Source: a virus
Taxonomy: Duplodnaviria > Caudoviricetes
Length of the DNA stretch: 60,274 bases
Direction: 5' to 3' (one strand)
Virus record (IMG/VR): IMGVR_UViG_3300033412_000014
Location: 1-60,274 of that record
Positions 1 to 9,159 of this stretch are shown here, piece by piece; position 1 is the first letter of the stretch, and the number at the start of each line of letters is the position of its first letter. The notes beneath the pieces were generated by a model. The model was not told the origin of the DNA and ran no database searches. It saw only the letters and a list, made by a program, of their open reading frames with translations. The position numbers and the translations under genes are program-made.

Positions 1-371
1 CATCAGCCACGCTCCCTGTGCTCGTCCGACACGCTTAGCGCCTCCGTGTGCCATGCACCGTCCTGCACCCAGATGCGTGGTCCCATGTCCACTAGGTCGG
101 ACACACGCTCGTCCGGCGAAGTACCCCTTCTTGACCGGCTCTCCGCATCGCTCGAGAAGAACACCCTCACATTGTTCCCACTCTTCCACGGCGAGGTCAT
201 AACCCCTCCTCTGCCAGTCGGTCAGTGTCTCAAGCAGTTCCATGATTGCACGTGCAACCTTTGCATCTGCATGTACTACGCGCGTCCGCGCGCGAGTATA
301 AGACAATCATAACCCATCATCACCCAACCAACTACACCCACTTACGCCGCCAACCTCGCCCATGATCGGGT

Positions 372-680
372 TTTGAAGACTTGAAGAATTTGAAGCGATA
401 ATTCTGCTCAGACTCCCCCGCGCGCGTCGCGCGTACAAGCGTATACGTAACTACGTACTACAAGTCTTCAAATCTTCAATTTTAGTATACGAACAGCGTT
501 CTACGATATCAAATGCAAGATCGACAGGTGTAAGCGTCGACATTTCGCCGTCTTCATTCGTCTTCAACGAAACCGCCCAACCTTTCAAGATCTAGTTTCA
601 CCATCCGCGATCTTGGCCCGAAGGCTACAAGATGTAACCTTCTTGATGATCTTCACTGCCCTAGAGCTGCATCTTCATCC
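372..680. repeat. Candidate replication origin: AT-rich region with repeated TGAAG/TCTTCA motifs and a 12-bp inverted repeat (372-383 / 461-472)
   Basis: Three TTGAAG copies at 373-395 followed by at least six inverted TCTTCA copies; low GC; immediately downstream of the primase-helicase gene. Confidence 0.55.
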
Positions 681-2157
681 ACAACGGCAGCTCGTCCGTA
701 AGGCGCCAACCCAACCAGCGAGTTCCCGCACTCGGCTTCGAGACCCAGCCCATGCTCGTCAGCGCCTGGGAGAATCCCTTGCTCCCCAGGCGGTCACGCT
801 TGTCCACGTCGTCACCGTACTTCTTCAGCCAGTGGTCGTAGAGCGTGAACAACTCGCTACTCTTAACACACGCGACCGCGGGAACGTCGTCCGCGAGCTT
901 GACGAGAAGGTTCTCCGCCTGCGCCCAGTCGAGGAACTCATCCACGTGTCCCATGCCCGCGCGTGCCGCCATTGTCGCGAGCGCGTACTTCTCCGGCACG
1001 TCTGACATGTCCCGCGCCAGTGGCTGCCGGGCACCCCAGACGAGCCGCGCGAGCAGCGCCTGCCGGACCCGCTCGTCGTTTAGGAACCGGGCGCGGATCG
1101 CCGGGTCCTCCTGCTCCGGCGGAAGCGTGACGTCCAGGTGGATGGAGATGATCCGGCGCTTCAGCGCGGTGTCGATACCGTTCACGCGTGGGAACTCGTT
1201 CGCCACGATCATCGCGGTGAACCGCGGGATCTCGTTCAGCATCGACCCGAACAGGTCACGGTATGGGAGAGTGTCCGATCCGCCCGAGAGTCGCTTGATC
1301 TGGTCCGCGTGCAGTGCCCAGGACTTCGACCCCTCCGGTGCGTACGCGATCCGGGTCATCATCGCCCTGACGAGGTCCGGGCGCGGCTTGTCGTCCAGGT
1401 TGCCACGGAAGACGGACGGGTTGATCGCGCAGATGTACGACCCGAGGATACGCTGGAGCGCCGCGAAGAGCTGTGACTTCCCGCTGGTTGTCCCGCCCCA
1501 GAACACCGGCATCAACCGCAGGTCGTTGCCGACGAACAGACAGTGTCCCAGCAGCTTGAAGACGTATGCCGCGCACTTCTCGTCGGGAATGAACGTCTGG
1601 AGAAACAGCTCCAGCTCGTCGCTGTAGCCCGGCTCCGCCGCCTCGGGTAGGTAGTCCTCGGTGCACGTCAGCGAGTTCATGTCGCTGGGTGTTCCCGTCC
1701 GCAGCTCTCCGGTTCGCAGGTCCACCGTTCCGTTGCCGACCACGAGGTGGTGTTTCACCGTGTCGAAGTCGCGGGTGAGGCAGCGGATCCGGGGGTCGGC
1801 CCGCGCGACGGCGAGCATCGACTTCCTCTTACCCTCCGACTCGAGGCGTGTGATCAGCTGCAGAAGCTGGTCACGTTCGTTTTCGCCCGCGTTCATCGCG
1901 CGCTCACGCCGGTACCGGATCACCGACTGGGTGAGCGCGAACGCACCTAGGTTCTCACCTGTGTCCTCCAGCCAGTGGCGCCCGTTCCACAGGTACCACC
2001 GCTTCTTGTCCACCGCGTACCTCACCGAGTCGCGGAACATTCGCACGAACAGCAGCCCGTTCGTCGTGTCGCTGATCGCCTCGAGGTTCGCGTCCTCGTT
2101 CAGCGCGATGTGGTCCTGCACGCCGAATGGGATCGGCTCCACCGATCCTTCGGTCAC
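661..2157 (-). CDS. P4/D5-family primase-associated SF3 helicase
   Basis: D5_N-like WYLWNGRHW, Walker A GGTTSGKS, ANEFP and ALKRR SF3 motifs; coupled to the upstream Prim-Pol gene. Confidence 0.9.
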   Translation of the reverse strand: MTEGSVEPIPFGVQDHIALNEDANLEAISDTTNGLLFVRMFRDSVRYAVDKKRWYLWNGRHWLEDTGENLGAFALTQSVIRYRRERAMNAGENERDQLLQLITRLESEGKRKSMLAVARADPRIRCLTRDFDTVKHHLVVGNGTVDLRTGELRTGTPSDMNSLTCTEDYLPEAAEPGYSDELELFLQTFIPDEKCAAYVFKLLGHCLFVGNDLRLMPVFWGGTTSGKSQLFAALQRILGSYICAINPSVFRGNLDDKPRPDLVRAMMTRIAYAPEGSKSWALHADQIKRLSGGSDTLPYRDLFGSMLNEIPRFTAMIVANEFPRVNGIDTALKRRIISIHLDVTLPPEQEDPAIRARFLNDERVRQALLARLVWGARQPLARDMSDVPEKYALATMAARAGMGHVDEFLDWAQAENLLVKLADDVPAVACVKSSELFTLYDHWLKKYGDDVDKRDRLGSKGFSQALTSMGWVSKPSAGTRWLGWRLTDELPLWMKMQL

Positions 2158-3164
2158 CAGTCACTCCTGACGATCGAGACGTTGCCCTGCTGCACGATCG
2201 TCTCCCCCTCGTTCGTCTTTCCCACCACGTTCTCCGTCGGCCTCCAGGACGGTAGCACCGGTGGCGCGACGGTCTGCCAGACACGGTCGAGCTTGTACGC
2301 CACGTGCTCCCACGGCATGTACCACTCCGCGTCCGGCGGTTGCGCACACATCTCCCACGCCGCGCGTGCGATGCGTTCTCCCGCGTCTCGCGTCTTACCT
2401 GCCTTGCGCGCACGGAAGATCAGTTCGTTGAAGAACTGGTCACGCGCGCCACCCGGGCAGCCGTCACGTAGAAACCGATGGTAGTCATAGCCGTCCACCG
2501 AGACCGTCGGTGTGTCGTGTCGTCCACCGTCACCGGTCGTGATCGCTTTACCGCGCGCCGTCGCCAGCCAGTTCAGCAGGTCCACCGGCGCCTGTGTTAC
2601 GGGAGAGTAGGCACGATCACCTCGACCGTTGATCCACTCGCGTTCTTGACGTCCCGGTGTCGGAACCGCGACGTAACCACCCTCGGCCTTCACGTCCATG
2701 TCGGGAAGTAGCCGGTTCCGGCTCTTCACCGTCACACCGGCCGGAAGCCGGTACAGCAGGTGACGACCACCCGACTGCGTGCGCTGCTGCAGTGTCGGTG
2801 GCAGATCCACGCCGGTCCACTGCTCGAACTCGTCCAGCGTTCCCAGGCCGGTGACCTCGAAGTCCAGGACGAGAAGTCGTGACGCCGATCCGGTGCGAAC
2901 CGCGAGCCAGCCGTCGGGATAGCGAGTGATCATCATGATCAGCGTTGCGGTGCTGTCGGTCGCGGCGTAGAAGCCGTGGCACGTCGGATGATCACAGGTT
3001 TCCCGATCGTGCGTCCAGTCCGCGTCCTTGCACTCGCTACAGTTCGGCAGGGGTGTCTTGTCGCGTCCGAGGACGAACACCTTCCACCCAAGTCTTACAT
3101 AACAAAGTGCCTCGGCGAGCTTGGCACGTGCCAACTCGTCGAAGTCTGGTACAGTAGAACTCAT
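2154..3164 (-). CDS. Bifunctional DNA primase/polymerase (Prim-Pol)
   Basis: GWKVFVL, CHGFYAAT, LLVLDFE, TQSGGRHLLY and DVKAEGGYV motifs; start placed at ATG 3164. Confidence 0.88.
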   Translation of the reverse strand: MSSTVPDFDELARAKLAEALCYVRLGWKVFVLGRDKTPLPNCSECKDADWTHDRETCDHPTCHGFYAATDSTATLIMMITRYPDGWLAVRTGSASRLLVLDFEVTGLGTLDEFEQWTGVDLPPTLQQRTQSGGRHLLYRLPAGVTVKSRNRLLPDMDVKAEGGYVAVPTPGRQEREWINGRGDRAYSPVTQAPVDLLNWLATARGKAITTGDGGRHDTPTVSVDGYDYHRFLRDGCPGGARDQFFNELIFRARKAGKTRDAGERIARAAWEMCAQPPDAEWYMPWEHVAYKLDRVWQTVAPPVLPSWRPTENVVGKTNEGETIVQQGNVSIVRSDW

Positions 3165-3231
3165 CAGGTAGCCTCGTTCAGTTTGAAGTCGAACCACCCA
3201 GCGGATCAGCGCCCGCTGGGTGGCTTCGTAT

Positions 3232-3423
3232 CTAGGCTGCTACCCGCTCCTTCTCGTCAGCTTCGACGAGACGCTCGAGCAGCTCGTTGATGAGCGCGTT
3301 GGTGGAGATGCCGCGCTCCTGGGCGATGTCATCTACCCGGCGCTTCAGACCCGTCTCCGTCCGCTGGACGAAGGCCAGCCGGTTCGGGACGGTCGTCATC
3401 CGGGTTCCGGTACGTGGTGCCAT
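3232..3423 (-). CDS. Ribbon-helix-helix (Arc/CopG-like) DNA-binding protein, probably leaderless
   Basis: LKRRVDDIAQERGISTNALINELLE RHH pattern; TACTAT -10 box 6 nt before the ATG. Confidence 0.75.
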   Translation of the reverse strand: MAPRTGTRMTTVPNRLAFVQRTETGLKRRVDDIAQERGISTNALINELLERLVEADEKERVAA

Positions 3424-3522
3424 AGGTATATAGTATCACTAGGCAGCTTCCGGTTCCTCCGCCGTGTGATCAACGGGACGTTGCCTGGTATGTTGGATGT
3501 AGTCGACAGGAGAGGACGAACC

Positions 3523-3999
3523 ATGACCGACACACTCGATACCGCCAAGCACAAGAACGCCTGGATCAACGTCATCGGCCCGAGCGGTGGTGTCACGTTC
3601 AAGGGACGCGAGCTCGGCGAGACGGACAGCCACCAGGACGCGCACGGTGATCACGCGGGAACGTTCGCCGCTCGTGGCGAGCGCTGCTACGCGTGTCGCT
3701 GGTCGCTCTACCGCATCTACGAGGTCTACGAGCTCGACCAGCGAAGCCGTGTCGCGTACGGCACCCGCTACGACGGCAAGTACCTCGTCTGTTCGTTCGG
3801 CATGACGATCGTGCCGGGCGAGGAGATCTACCGCCGCATGAACGCGACCGACTCCCCGTCGGAGGTCGTGGAGTTGCTCACAACGCGACGCTACGGGCAG
3901 CCACCGATACTGACCTCCGCCGCCGCTCGGCTGCTCGCCCGCGTTGGTGACCGTGATCCTGACGTCCAGGACGCCTACGACGCGCGTGCGGTATTGTGA
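3523..3999 (+). CDS. Hypothetical protein (HxxH...CxxC, possible metal binding)
   Basis: RBS AGGAGAGGA before ATG 3523; phage-like codon usage. Confidence 0.65.
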   Translation: MTDTLDTAKHKNAWINVIGPSGGVTFKGRELGETDSHQDAHGDHAGTFAARGERCYACRWSLYRIYEVYELDQRSRVAYGTRYDGKYLVCSFGMTIVPGEEIYRRMNATDSPSEVVELLTTRRYGQPPILTSAAARLLARVGDRDPDVQDAYDARAVL

Positions 4000-4035
4000 T
4001 GCGGAGTTCGTAGACCCGCCTGGTACGATGAAATC

Positions 4036-4275
4036 GTTCCTCCCGTGGTCCTCGTGCGTCGCCCCCTGACCCCCCGTTCGGGCCGGCCGTCACTCCACGG
4101 GAGGAGCACCTAAGACCTCCTCCGACCTCAAGCGTTGGGGGCGCGCGCACATGGCGTTACGCATGGCTCCATTGGTCGTCTGGGCTTACGACGACTCGGC
4201 TGCGACGAATGCCGCTTCGAACTTGAGGAATAGATCGTCGCTGTAGGGGCGGGTACTCGGCCGAGTGCCCGCCCT
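4036..4275 (+). ncRNA. Candidate structured RNA or leader
   Basis: TGGTACGAT -10 at 4021-4029; stems 4036-4048/4095-4107 and 4126-4132/4222-4228; hairpin 4247-4274; no credible ORF. Confidence 0.45.
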
Positions 4276-4300
4276 CAACAACACAGTGAGAGGACCGGAC

Positions 4301-4615
4301 ATGACATACGACCTCCGAATGGAACTTCTCCACGCTCGCCGGATCCAGGCATGGACCCAGCTCGTGGTGTCCACCGACAAGTTCACCCAGGCGGAGCTGC
4401 TGTTCGCCCAGCGAACCGCCGACTTCGCCGAGCAGTACCCCAACCACCGCGACTCCAGCGAGCTGTCCATCGAGGCGCTCAAGGCGCGAGACAGCGACGA
4501 GCAGTGGAAGAGTGCCGTCGCGGACTGCCAGTACCACGTGCAGCGCATGCAGGCGTTCGCCGCACTTCACCACGCAGCTCTCGAAGAGATGCGGCTGTTG
4601 CTCCCGAAGTCGTGA
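4301..4615 (+). CDS. Hypothetical helical protein
   Basis: GAGAGGACCGGAC RBS before ATG 4301. Confidence 0.7.
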   Translation: MTYDLRMELLHARRIQAWTQLVVSTDKFTQAELLFAQRTADFAEQYPNHRDSSELSIEALKARDSDEQWKSAVADCQYHVQRMQAFAALHHAALEEMRLLLPKS

Positions 4616-4626
4616 TGTGATACTAT
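4598..4626 (+). promoter_or_regulatory. Sigma70-type promoter TTGCTC-N17-TACTAT with extended -10
   Basis: Matches the genome-wide TGTG(A/G)TACTAT motif. Confidence 0.7.
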
Positions 4627-4657
4627 TACCCTACACGTCATAACGTAGGAGGATAGG

Positions 4658-5287
4658 ATGCAGGTGCAGTTCCACGAGCTGGAGCAGCTCGGTGATCAGG
4701 ATGACCTGGTTCGCCGTGCCGCCACGTTCGCTCGTGAGATCGCGCTCCTCAACCGGAACACGGACCGGTTCGGCAAGCCACACGTAGGCATCGAGCTGGT
4801 GACCGACCGGTTGGAGGACGTCTATGACTTTCGACCCAACATCGACCGCGAGTCGACCGACTGGCCGGACCGGTTCGTCGGAACCTGCTGGACGGGTTCC
4901 CACCATCACGGTCCCACGGCGATCTGGCTCAACCGGTACGGTGGCGCGCAGCGCAACCACGAGATCAGGCCGTACGACGACGTCGTCGAGACGTACGTGC
5001 ACGAACTTTCGCACGCGTTCACCCGTGGTCAACACGGGCAGACCTTCCGGCGCATGTTCGCACTCCTGTACCCACACGTCGCAAAGGCGTTCGGTGTGGA
5101 CTGGCAGTGGTACACGGTCTACGACATCATCAAGAAGTATGGCTATCAGGGCCTGAGCCAACGACCCGTCACCGGCACACACGGGACCACGTCCCGCTAT
5201 ACACGCTGGGATGAGGAGTTCGACGGCCACAAGGATGCGTCACTTCGAATGATGCGGCGTGTCAAGTCGAATCACCTGGTACTATGA
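4658..5287 (+). CDS. SprT-like zinc metalloprotease
   Basis: HELSH (HExxH) followed by HGQTF, the SprT HG..F motif. Confidence 0.75.
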   Translation: MQVQFHELEQLGDQDDLVRRAATFAREIALLNRNTDRFGKPHVGIELVTDRLEDVYDFRPNIDRESTDWPDRFVGTCWTGSHHHGPTAIWLNRYGGAQRNHEIRPYDDVVETYVHELSHAFTRGQHGQTFRRMFALLYPHVAKAFGVDWQWYTVYDIIKKYGYQGLSQRPVTGTHGTTSRYTRWDEEFDGHKDASLRMMRRVKSNHLVL

Positions 5288-5291
5288 ACTC

Positions 5292-5373
5292 ACGGCGAAC
5301 CGGTCATACCCACGCGTACGGTCTGACGATGATCAAGCGTTGGGGTGGGACGTAGAGGTGACCGGTTCGCCGT
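5292..5373 (+). ncRNA. Candidate structured leader or small RNA closed by a perfect 15-bp stem
   Basis: TGGTACTAT -10 at 5277-5285; ACGGCGAACCGGTCA (5292-5306) pairs with 5359-5373. Confidence 0.5.
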
Positions 5374-5410
5374 AGGGTCCCTAACAAGAGAAGATGAAAG
5401 GACAGGACAA

Positions 5411-6007
5411 GTGACGGCCAAGAAGACCCAACCGAAGAGCGCTCCCGTCGACCGCTCCACGATCAACGGTGTCGAGGTCATCTCCACCGAACCGGCTCGG
5501 GGCGTTGTGATCCCGGGACAGCCCACCCATGAGATCTCCACCGTGGAGAGGGTGCTCGACGCCGACGGCAACGAGTGGTACCGCTGCAAGGCGAAGCCCA
5601 CGGAGTGTATCTACTTCAAGCAGGATCTCAAGTCGATCCTCGCGCACCAGCGGTCGCACAGCGCCGCACTGGCGGCGAAGCGAGCGGAGGCCGAACTCGC
5701 ACGGAACCAGGCCAAGGAGGCCGCCGAGTTCGAGCGACGGAGCGCGGGCATAAACGCCGCGAACGAAGCGAAGCGCAAGCGGTATGAGACCGAGGTAACC
5801 TCCCAGGACAAGCGCATCGCGGGTCTCCAGCGTAAGATGTCGGACATCGCCGTCGGCATCGATAAGATCATCGCCGGAATTCCGTCTCTCGCTGAATCGC
5901 TTCGAGCGCTCAACGCGGAGCTCGGTGAGATCACCGCCGAGACCGATCCCGAGATCGCCCGGAAGGCCGCCGACTACGACATGCTCAAGGGAATCCTGAA
6001 CAAGTGA
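5411..6007 (+). CDS. Hypothetical protein with C2H2-like zinc finger and coiled coil
   Basis: YRCKAKPTEC...LAHQRSH; GTG start after AGGACAGGAC. Confidence 0.65.
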   Translation: MTAKKTQPKSAPVDRSTINGVEVISTEPARGVVIPGQPTHEISTVERVLDADGNEWYRCKAKPTECIYFKQDLKSILAHQRSHSAALAAKRAEAELARNQAKEAAEFERRSAGINAANEAKRKRYETEVTSQDKRIAGLQRKMSDIAVGIDKIIAGIPSLAESLRALNAELGEITAETDPEIARKAADYDMLKGILNK

Positions 6008-6068
6008 TCATTGGTCGGGTAGGATCGATCGCGATCCTGCCCGACCGTTTTCATGTGAGGAGAAGTCC

Positions 6069-6611
6069 GTGCTCAAGTTTCTGCTTCTGGTGTCGCCCAT
6101 CATCCTCATTCTCCTGTCCGCGCTGCCCAAGGTGCTCATCGAGCGGTCCCGCCGGCGGTACGTCGAGGAGTCCATCGACGAGTACCGAAGTACCCATCCC
6201 GTCGATGAGACGACGAACGTCACAGCCGACGACGTCGATCTCGACGCCAAGTGGGACGTGTACTGGTCGAACTCGCGTGCCGAGGAGAACGCGCTACGCG
6301 CGGACCTCAACGACTGGGTCGGCTGGACATCCACACTGGAGGAGCGGTTCGCGCTGGACTGCGACCGGGTCATCAAGCAGTTTGCCATCGACGCGATCGT
6401 GTTGCAGGCCGAGACCGCCAGTCGCTGTGGTGGCTGGAAGAACGACCTCGATCGTCGCTCCGATCTCATCATCGCGAACAGTGGCCACAGCATTCCTAAC
6501 CTCAACCGCGCCCTCAAGGTCGAGATCGCCGAGTGCACCGCGACCGAGTGGACCAAGGAAGACGGCGAGGCGCTGGCCGCGTACATCGACTCCGAGGAGG
6601 TGAAGGTGTAG
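6069..6611 (+). CDS. Membrane-anchored hypothetical protein
   Basis: N-terminal hydrophobic helix; GAGGAG RBS. Confidence 0.65.
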   Translation: MLKFLLLVSPIILILLSALPKVLIERSRRRYVEESIDEYRSTHPVDETTNVTADDVDLDAKWDVYWSNSRAEENALRADLNDWVGWTSTLEERFALDCDRVIKQFAIDAIVLQAETASRCGGWKNDLDRRSDLIIANSGHSIPNLNRALKVEIAECTATEWTKEDGEALAAYIDSEEVKV

Positions 6612-6706
6612 TGGATAAGTTCTTGGGTGTCATCCTAGTGGTGGCCGCCGCGTTCAGCATCATCGGCTACGGCATGCGTCGTACCGGTGCTCATCGGAGG
6701 AGGTAG
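6611..6706 (+). CDS. 31-aa single-TM peptide
   Basis: VDKFLGVILVVAAAFSIIGYGMRRTGAHRRR fills the gap exactly between neighbours. Confidence 0.5.
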   Translation: MDKFLGVILVVAAAFSIIGYGMRRTGAHRRR

Positions 6707-6708
6707 TC

Positions 6709-7659
6709 ATGCTCATCATCGTTGAGGGTCCGGACGGTTGTGGCAAGTCGACCCTCGTACAGCAGCTCACCGAGGTGATCGAGCGCGAGCAGCCCGGCGA
6801 GAAGATCGAACGACTGCACCGTCGTCCACCGACGATGCACCCACTGGATGAGTACGTCACACCTCTGCTGTCCTACCGGCCGCAGCGAGGACACCACATC
6901 ATCTGCGATCGGTGGCACGTCGGTGAGTGGGTCTACCCGTCCGTCCTCGGACGAAAGACCCTTGCCGACAAGGCGTTGTGGTACTACACGGAGATGTTCC
7001 TCGCGTCACGTGGCGCGCTGATCATCTACCCGTCCTACACGCAGGACATGCTCGTCCAGCGTGTCACCCAGCGCGGTGACGACATGATCGAGGTCGACCA
7101 GCTTGCGAAGATCGCGGGATCGTACGCGTTCATGGCCGACAAGCACCTGACCGTCAACACGCGGGTGCACGGTAAGTCACCTGAGTCCCTCGTCGCGCTG
7201 GCACGCTGGCGCGAGACCGTCACCGAGCGGTTGAACCACCTGACCACGTACGTCGGTCCGCCGAAGCCGGAGTGGGTACTTGTCGGTGAGGTTCGCAACA
7301 CCACGTACGACGGTGACCTGCGTCCCGCGTTCATGCCGTTCCGCGGTACGTCCGGCCACTACCTCATGTCGGCGCTGAGTGTTCGGCAGCTGCGCAGTGG
7401 TCTCGGCATCATGAACGCGTGTGACGTGGATGACGTTCATGAAGCGCAGTATTGGACGTTTGATGACGGTGCCGTGGTTCCTCTTGGGAGCCACGCACAT
7501 GCTAAGCTGAACGGTGCAGGACGAGCGTTCCCCGGTGTGCCACACCCTCAGTACATCCGACGGTTCCACAACAAGTGCGCCGATGACTACGCCGACGCGA
7601 TCACGAGGGCACGACAGGGACAGGAGAACATTCAGTGGCGACCTTCTTCAAGTGTGTAG
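6709..7659 (+). CDS. Thymidylate-kinase-like dNMP kinase fused to a C-terminal uracil-DNA-glycosylase-superfamily domain
   Basis: IIVEGPDGCGKST P-loop and ICDRW; C-terminal LVGE..N, PF..TSG.YL, N, VPLG..A and PHP pattern of UDG family 4/5-like folds. Confidence 0.8.
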   Translation: MLIIVEGPDGCGKSTLVQQLTEVIEREQPGEKIERLHRRPPTMHPLDEYVTPLLSYRPQRGHHIICDRWHVGEWVYPSVLGRKTLADKALWYYTEMFLASRGALIIYPSYTQDMLVQRVTQRGDDMIEVDQLAKIAGSYAFMADKHLTVNTRVHGKSPESLVALARWRETVTERLNHLTTYVGPPKPEWVLVGEVRNTTYDGDLRPAFMPFRGTSGHYLMSALSVRQLRSGLGIMNACDVDDVHEAQYWTFDDGAVVPLGSHAHAKLNGAGRAFPGVPHPQYIRRFHNKCADDYADAITRARQGQENIQWRPSSSV

Positions 7660-8471
7660 ATGGCCGTGAGGCCTACCGGAACGTGTTGCGTCAGGTTCAC
7701 GAGCAGGGTGAGGTGCGTTCGCCTCGCGGGTTGAAGACCTTCGACATCGGGTACGCAACGATCGAGCTGATGAGCCCGTACAACGCGCTCGCCGTCGGCC
7801 TGGGTCGGAAGCTGTCGAAGCGCGTCGCGGCCGCGGAGGCGATCCAGCTGATCGGTGGCTTCGCCGATCCCCAGCTCCTCCTCCAGGCGTCACCGAACTT
7901 TGCCCGGTATATCGAACCGTCGGGAGCATTCTGGGGAGCGTACGGGCGACGGATAGCCTTCGGTAACCAGCTACCGTCGGTCGTCCGCAAGCTCCAAGCG
8001 GACCCTGAGACCCGCCAGGCGATCGTGACCCTCTGGGACCCACAGCACGACAACGACCCGGGCCACAAGGACTACCCGTGCACGCTCGCACTCGGGTTCT
8101 CCCTCCAGCGGGGCAAGCTCGAGCTGGACGTCACCATGCGCTCCAACGACGTGTGGCGTGGTCTGCCGTACGACATTTTCCAGTTCACGCAGCTTCAACT
8201 GACCGTCGCGAACGTCCTTCAGCTGCAGCCCGGGCGGTACCGTCATCACACGTACTCGCTCCACTTGTACGCCGACGATCTCGATGACGCGGTGGAGTGC
8301 TACGAGAACGACGAGGACCTCGTGCCTACCTTCCTTCCCACTGGCCTTGGCCAGATCGGTGACACGATCAATGAAGTGATGAAGCAGGCGAGGCGACTTG
8401 TGGACGTCCCGTGGGGGAACTACAGCGACTCGGAGAGGTGGTACTGGGATGCGCTCCACCCGACCCAGTGA
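7635..8471 (+). CDS. Thymidylate-synthase-superfamily enzyme, probable dCMP hydroxymethylase or methylase
   Basis: YGRRI, DPETRQA, catalytic YPC, MRSNDVWRGLPYD with Asp (8172-8174) at the base-specificity position, SLHLY. Confidence 0.85.
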   Translation: MATFFKCVDGREAYRNVLRQVHEQGEVRSPRGLKTFDIGYATIELMSPYNALAVGLGRKLSKRVAAAEAIQLIGGFADPQLLLQASPNFARYIEPSGAFWGAYGRRIAFGNQLPSVVRKLQADPETRQAIVTLWDPQHDNDPGHKDYPCTLALGFSLQRGKLELDVTMRSNDVWRGLPYDIFQFTQLQLTVANVLQLQPGRYRHHTYSLHLYADDLDDAVECYENDEDLVPTFLPTGLGQIGDTINEVMKQARRLVDVPWGNYSDSERWYWDALHPTQ

Positions 8472-8982
8472 CGACGAACTGTTCTCTCGCGTCGCTAAGA
8501 TGATGGCGACGCGCAGTCTATGCGACCGTGACCGTGTCGGCGCGGTGATCGTCGACACCCAGCTTCGGATCGTCGCCACGGGTCGCAACGGTCCACCCGC
8601 TGGGTTTCCTCACGAGGAGCAGACGTGCAGCACGTGGTGTCGTCGCGCGATCAACGGTCATCCACTCAGCTCCGACTACCGTGACTGCCCGTCACTTCAC
8701 GCCGAGGTCAACGCGCTTCTCACCAGTGACCGCAGCCGTCACGAGGGTGGTACTATCTACATCACCAGCGACCCGTGCTGGTCGTGTGGCAAGATGATCG
8801 CGAACTCCGGTCTGTCGACCGTGGTCGTGATGTCCAGTTCGCAGAAGGCTGCGGAACGCAACGCGAGCGCGACCTACACGTTCATGGAGTCGTTTGGCGT
8901 CGACGTGGTGTTTCACGAGGAGAAGGAGAAGGACGATGGAGGAAACGAAGAAGCAGCCGCGAGGCACTACGACCTGGCCTGA
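8449..8982 (+). CDS. dCMP deaminase
   Basis: RSLC, VGAVIV, ATGRNG, HAEVNA and PCWSC zinc motifs. Confidence 0.92.
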   Translation: MRSTRPSDDELFSRVAKMMATRSLCDRDRVGAVIVDTQLRIVATGRNGPPAGFPHEEQTCSTWCRRAINGHPLSSDYRDCPSLHAEVNALLTSDRSRHEGGTIYITSDPCWSCGKMIANSGLSTVVVMSSSQKAAERNASATYTFMESFGVDVVFHEEKEKDDGGNEEAAARHYDLA

Positions 8983-9055
8983 TGTAGCAGTCGTCGCCAT
9001 CGTCGCGTTCTGCATGCTGGGCACGGTCGCACTACTCGTCTGGGGTTTCAAGTGA
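8936..9055 (+). CDS. 39-aa single-TM peptide
   Basis: AAGGA RBS; WPDVAVVAIVAFCMLGTVALLVWGFK. Confidence 0.5.
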   Translation: MEETKKQPRGTTTWPDVAVVAIVAFCMLGTVALLVWGFK

Positions 9056-9159
9056 GACGTGGTGATTGGAACGTCATCCTCATTTACGTAGGTCTCTTGA
9101 TCTTCTTGGTTGTGCTCTGGGCCGTACTGATCTGGGGTGGCTGGGTTGTCATTGGATGA
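9052..9159 (+). CDS. 35-aa hydrophobic peptide
   Basis: GTGA overlap with the previous ORF; VILIYVGLLIFLVVLWAVLIWGG. Confidence 0.4.
   Translation: MRRGDWNVILIYVGLLIFLVVLWAVLIWGGWVVIG

Noticed and set aside
3232-3423. Immunity repressor or lysogeny module
   Set aside because: No integrase, parAB or att site was recognised; a lone RHH gene is insufficient
3220-3522. N-terminal extension of ORF 3220-3999
   Set aside because: It overlaps the RHH gene antisense and the divergent promoter region; the RBS supports 3523
7635-8471. Canonical thyA
   Set aside because: Asp instead of Asn at the specificity position and RSND context favour a dCMP-modifying enzyme
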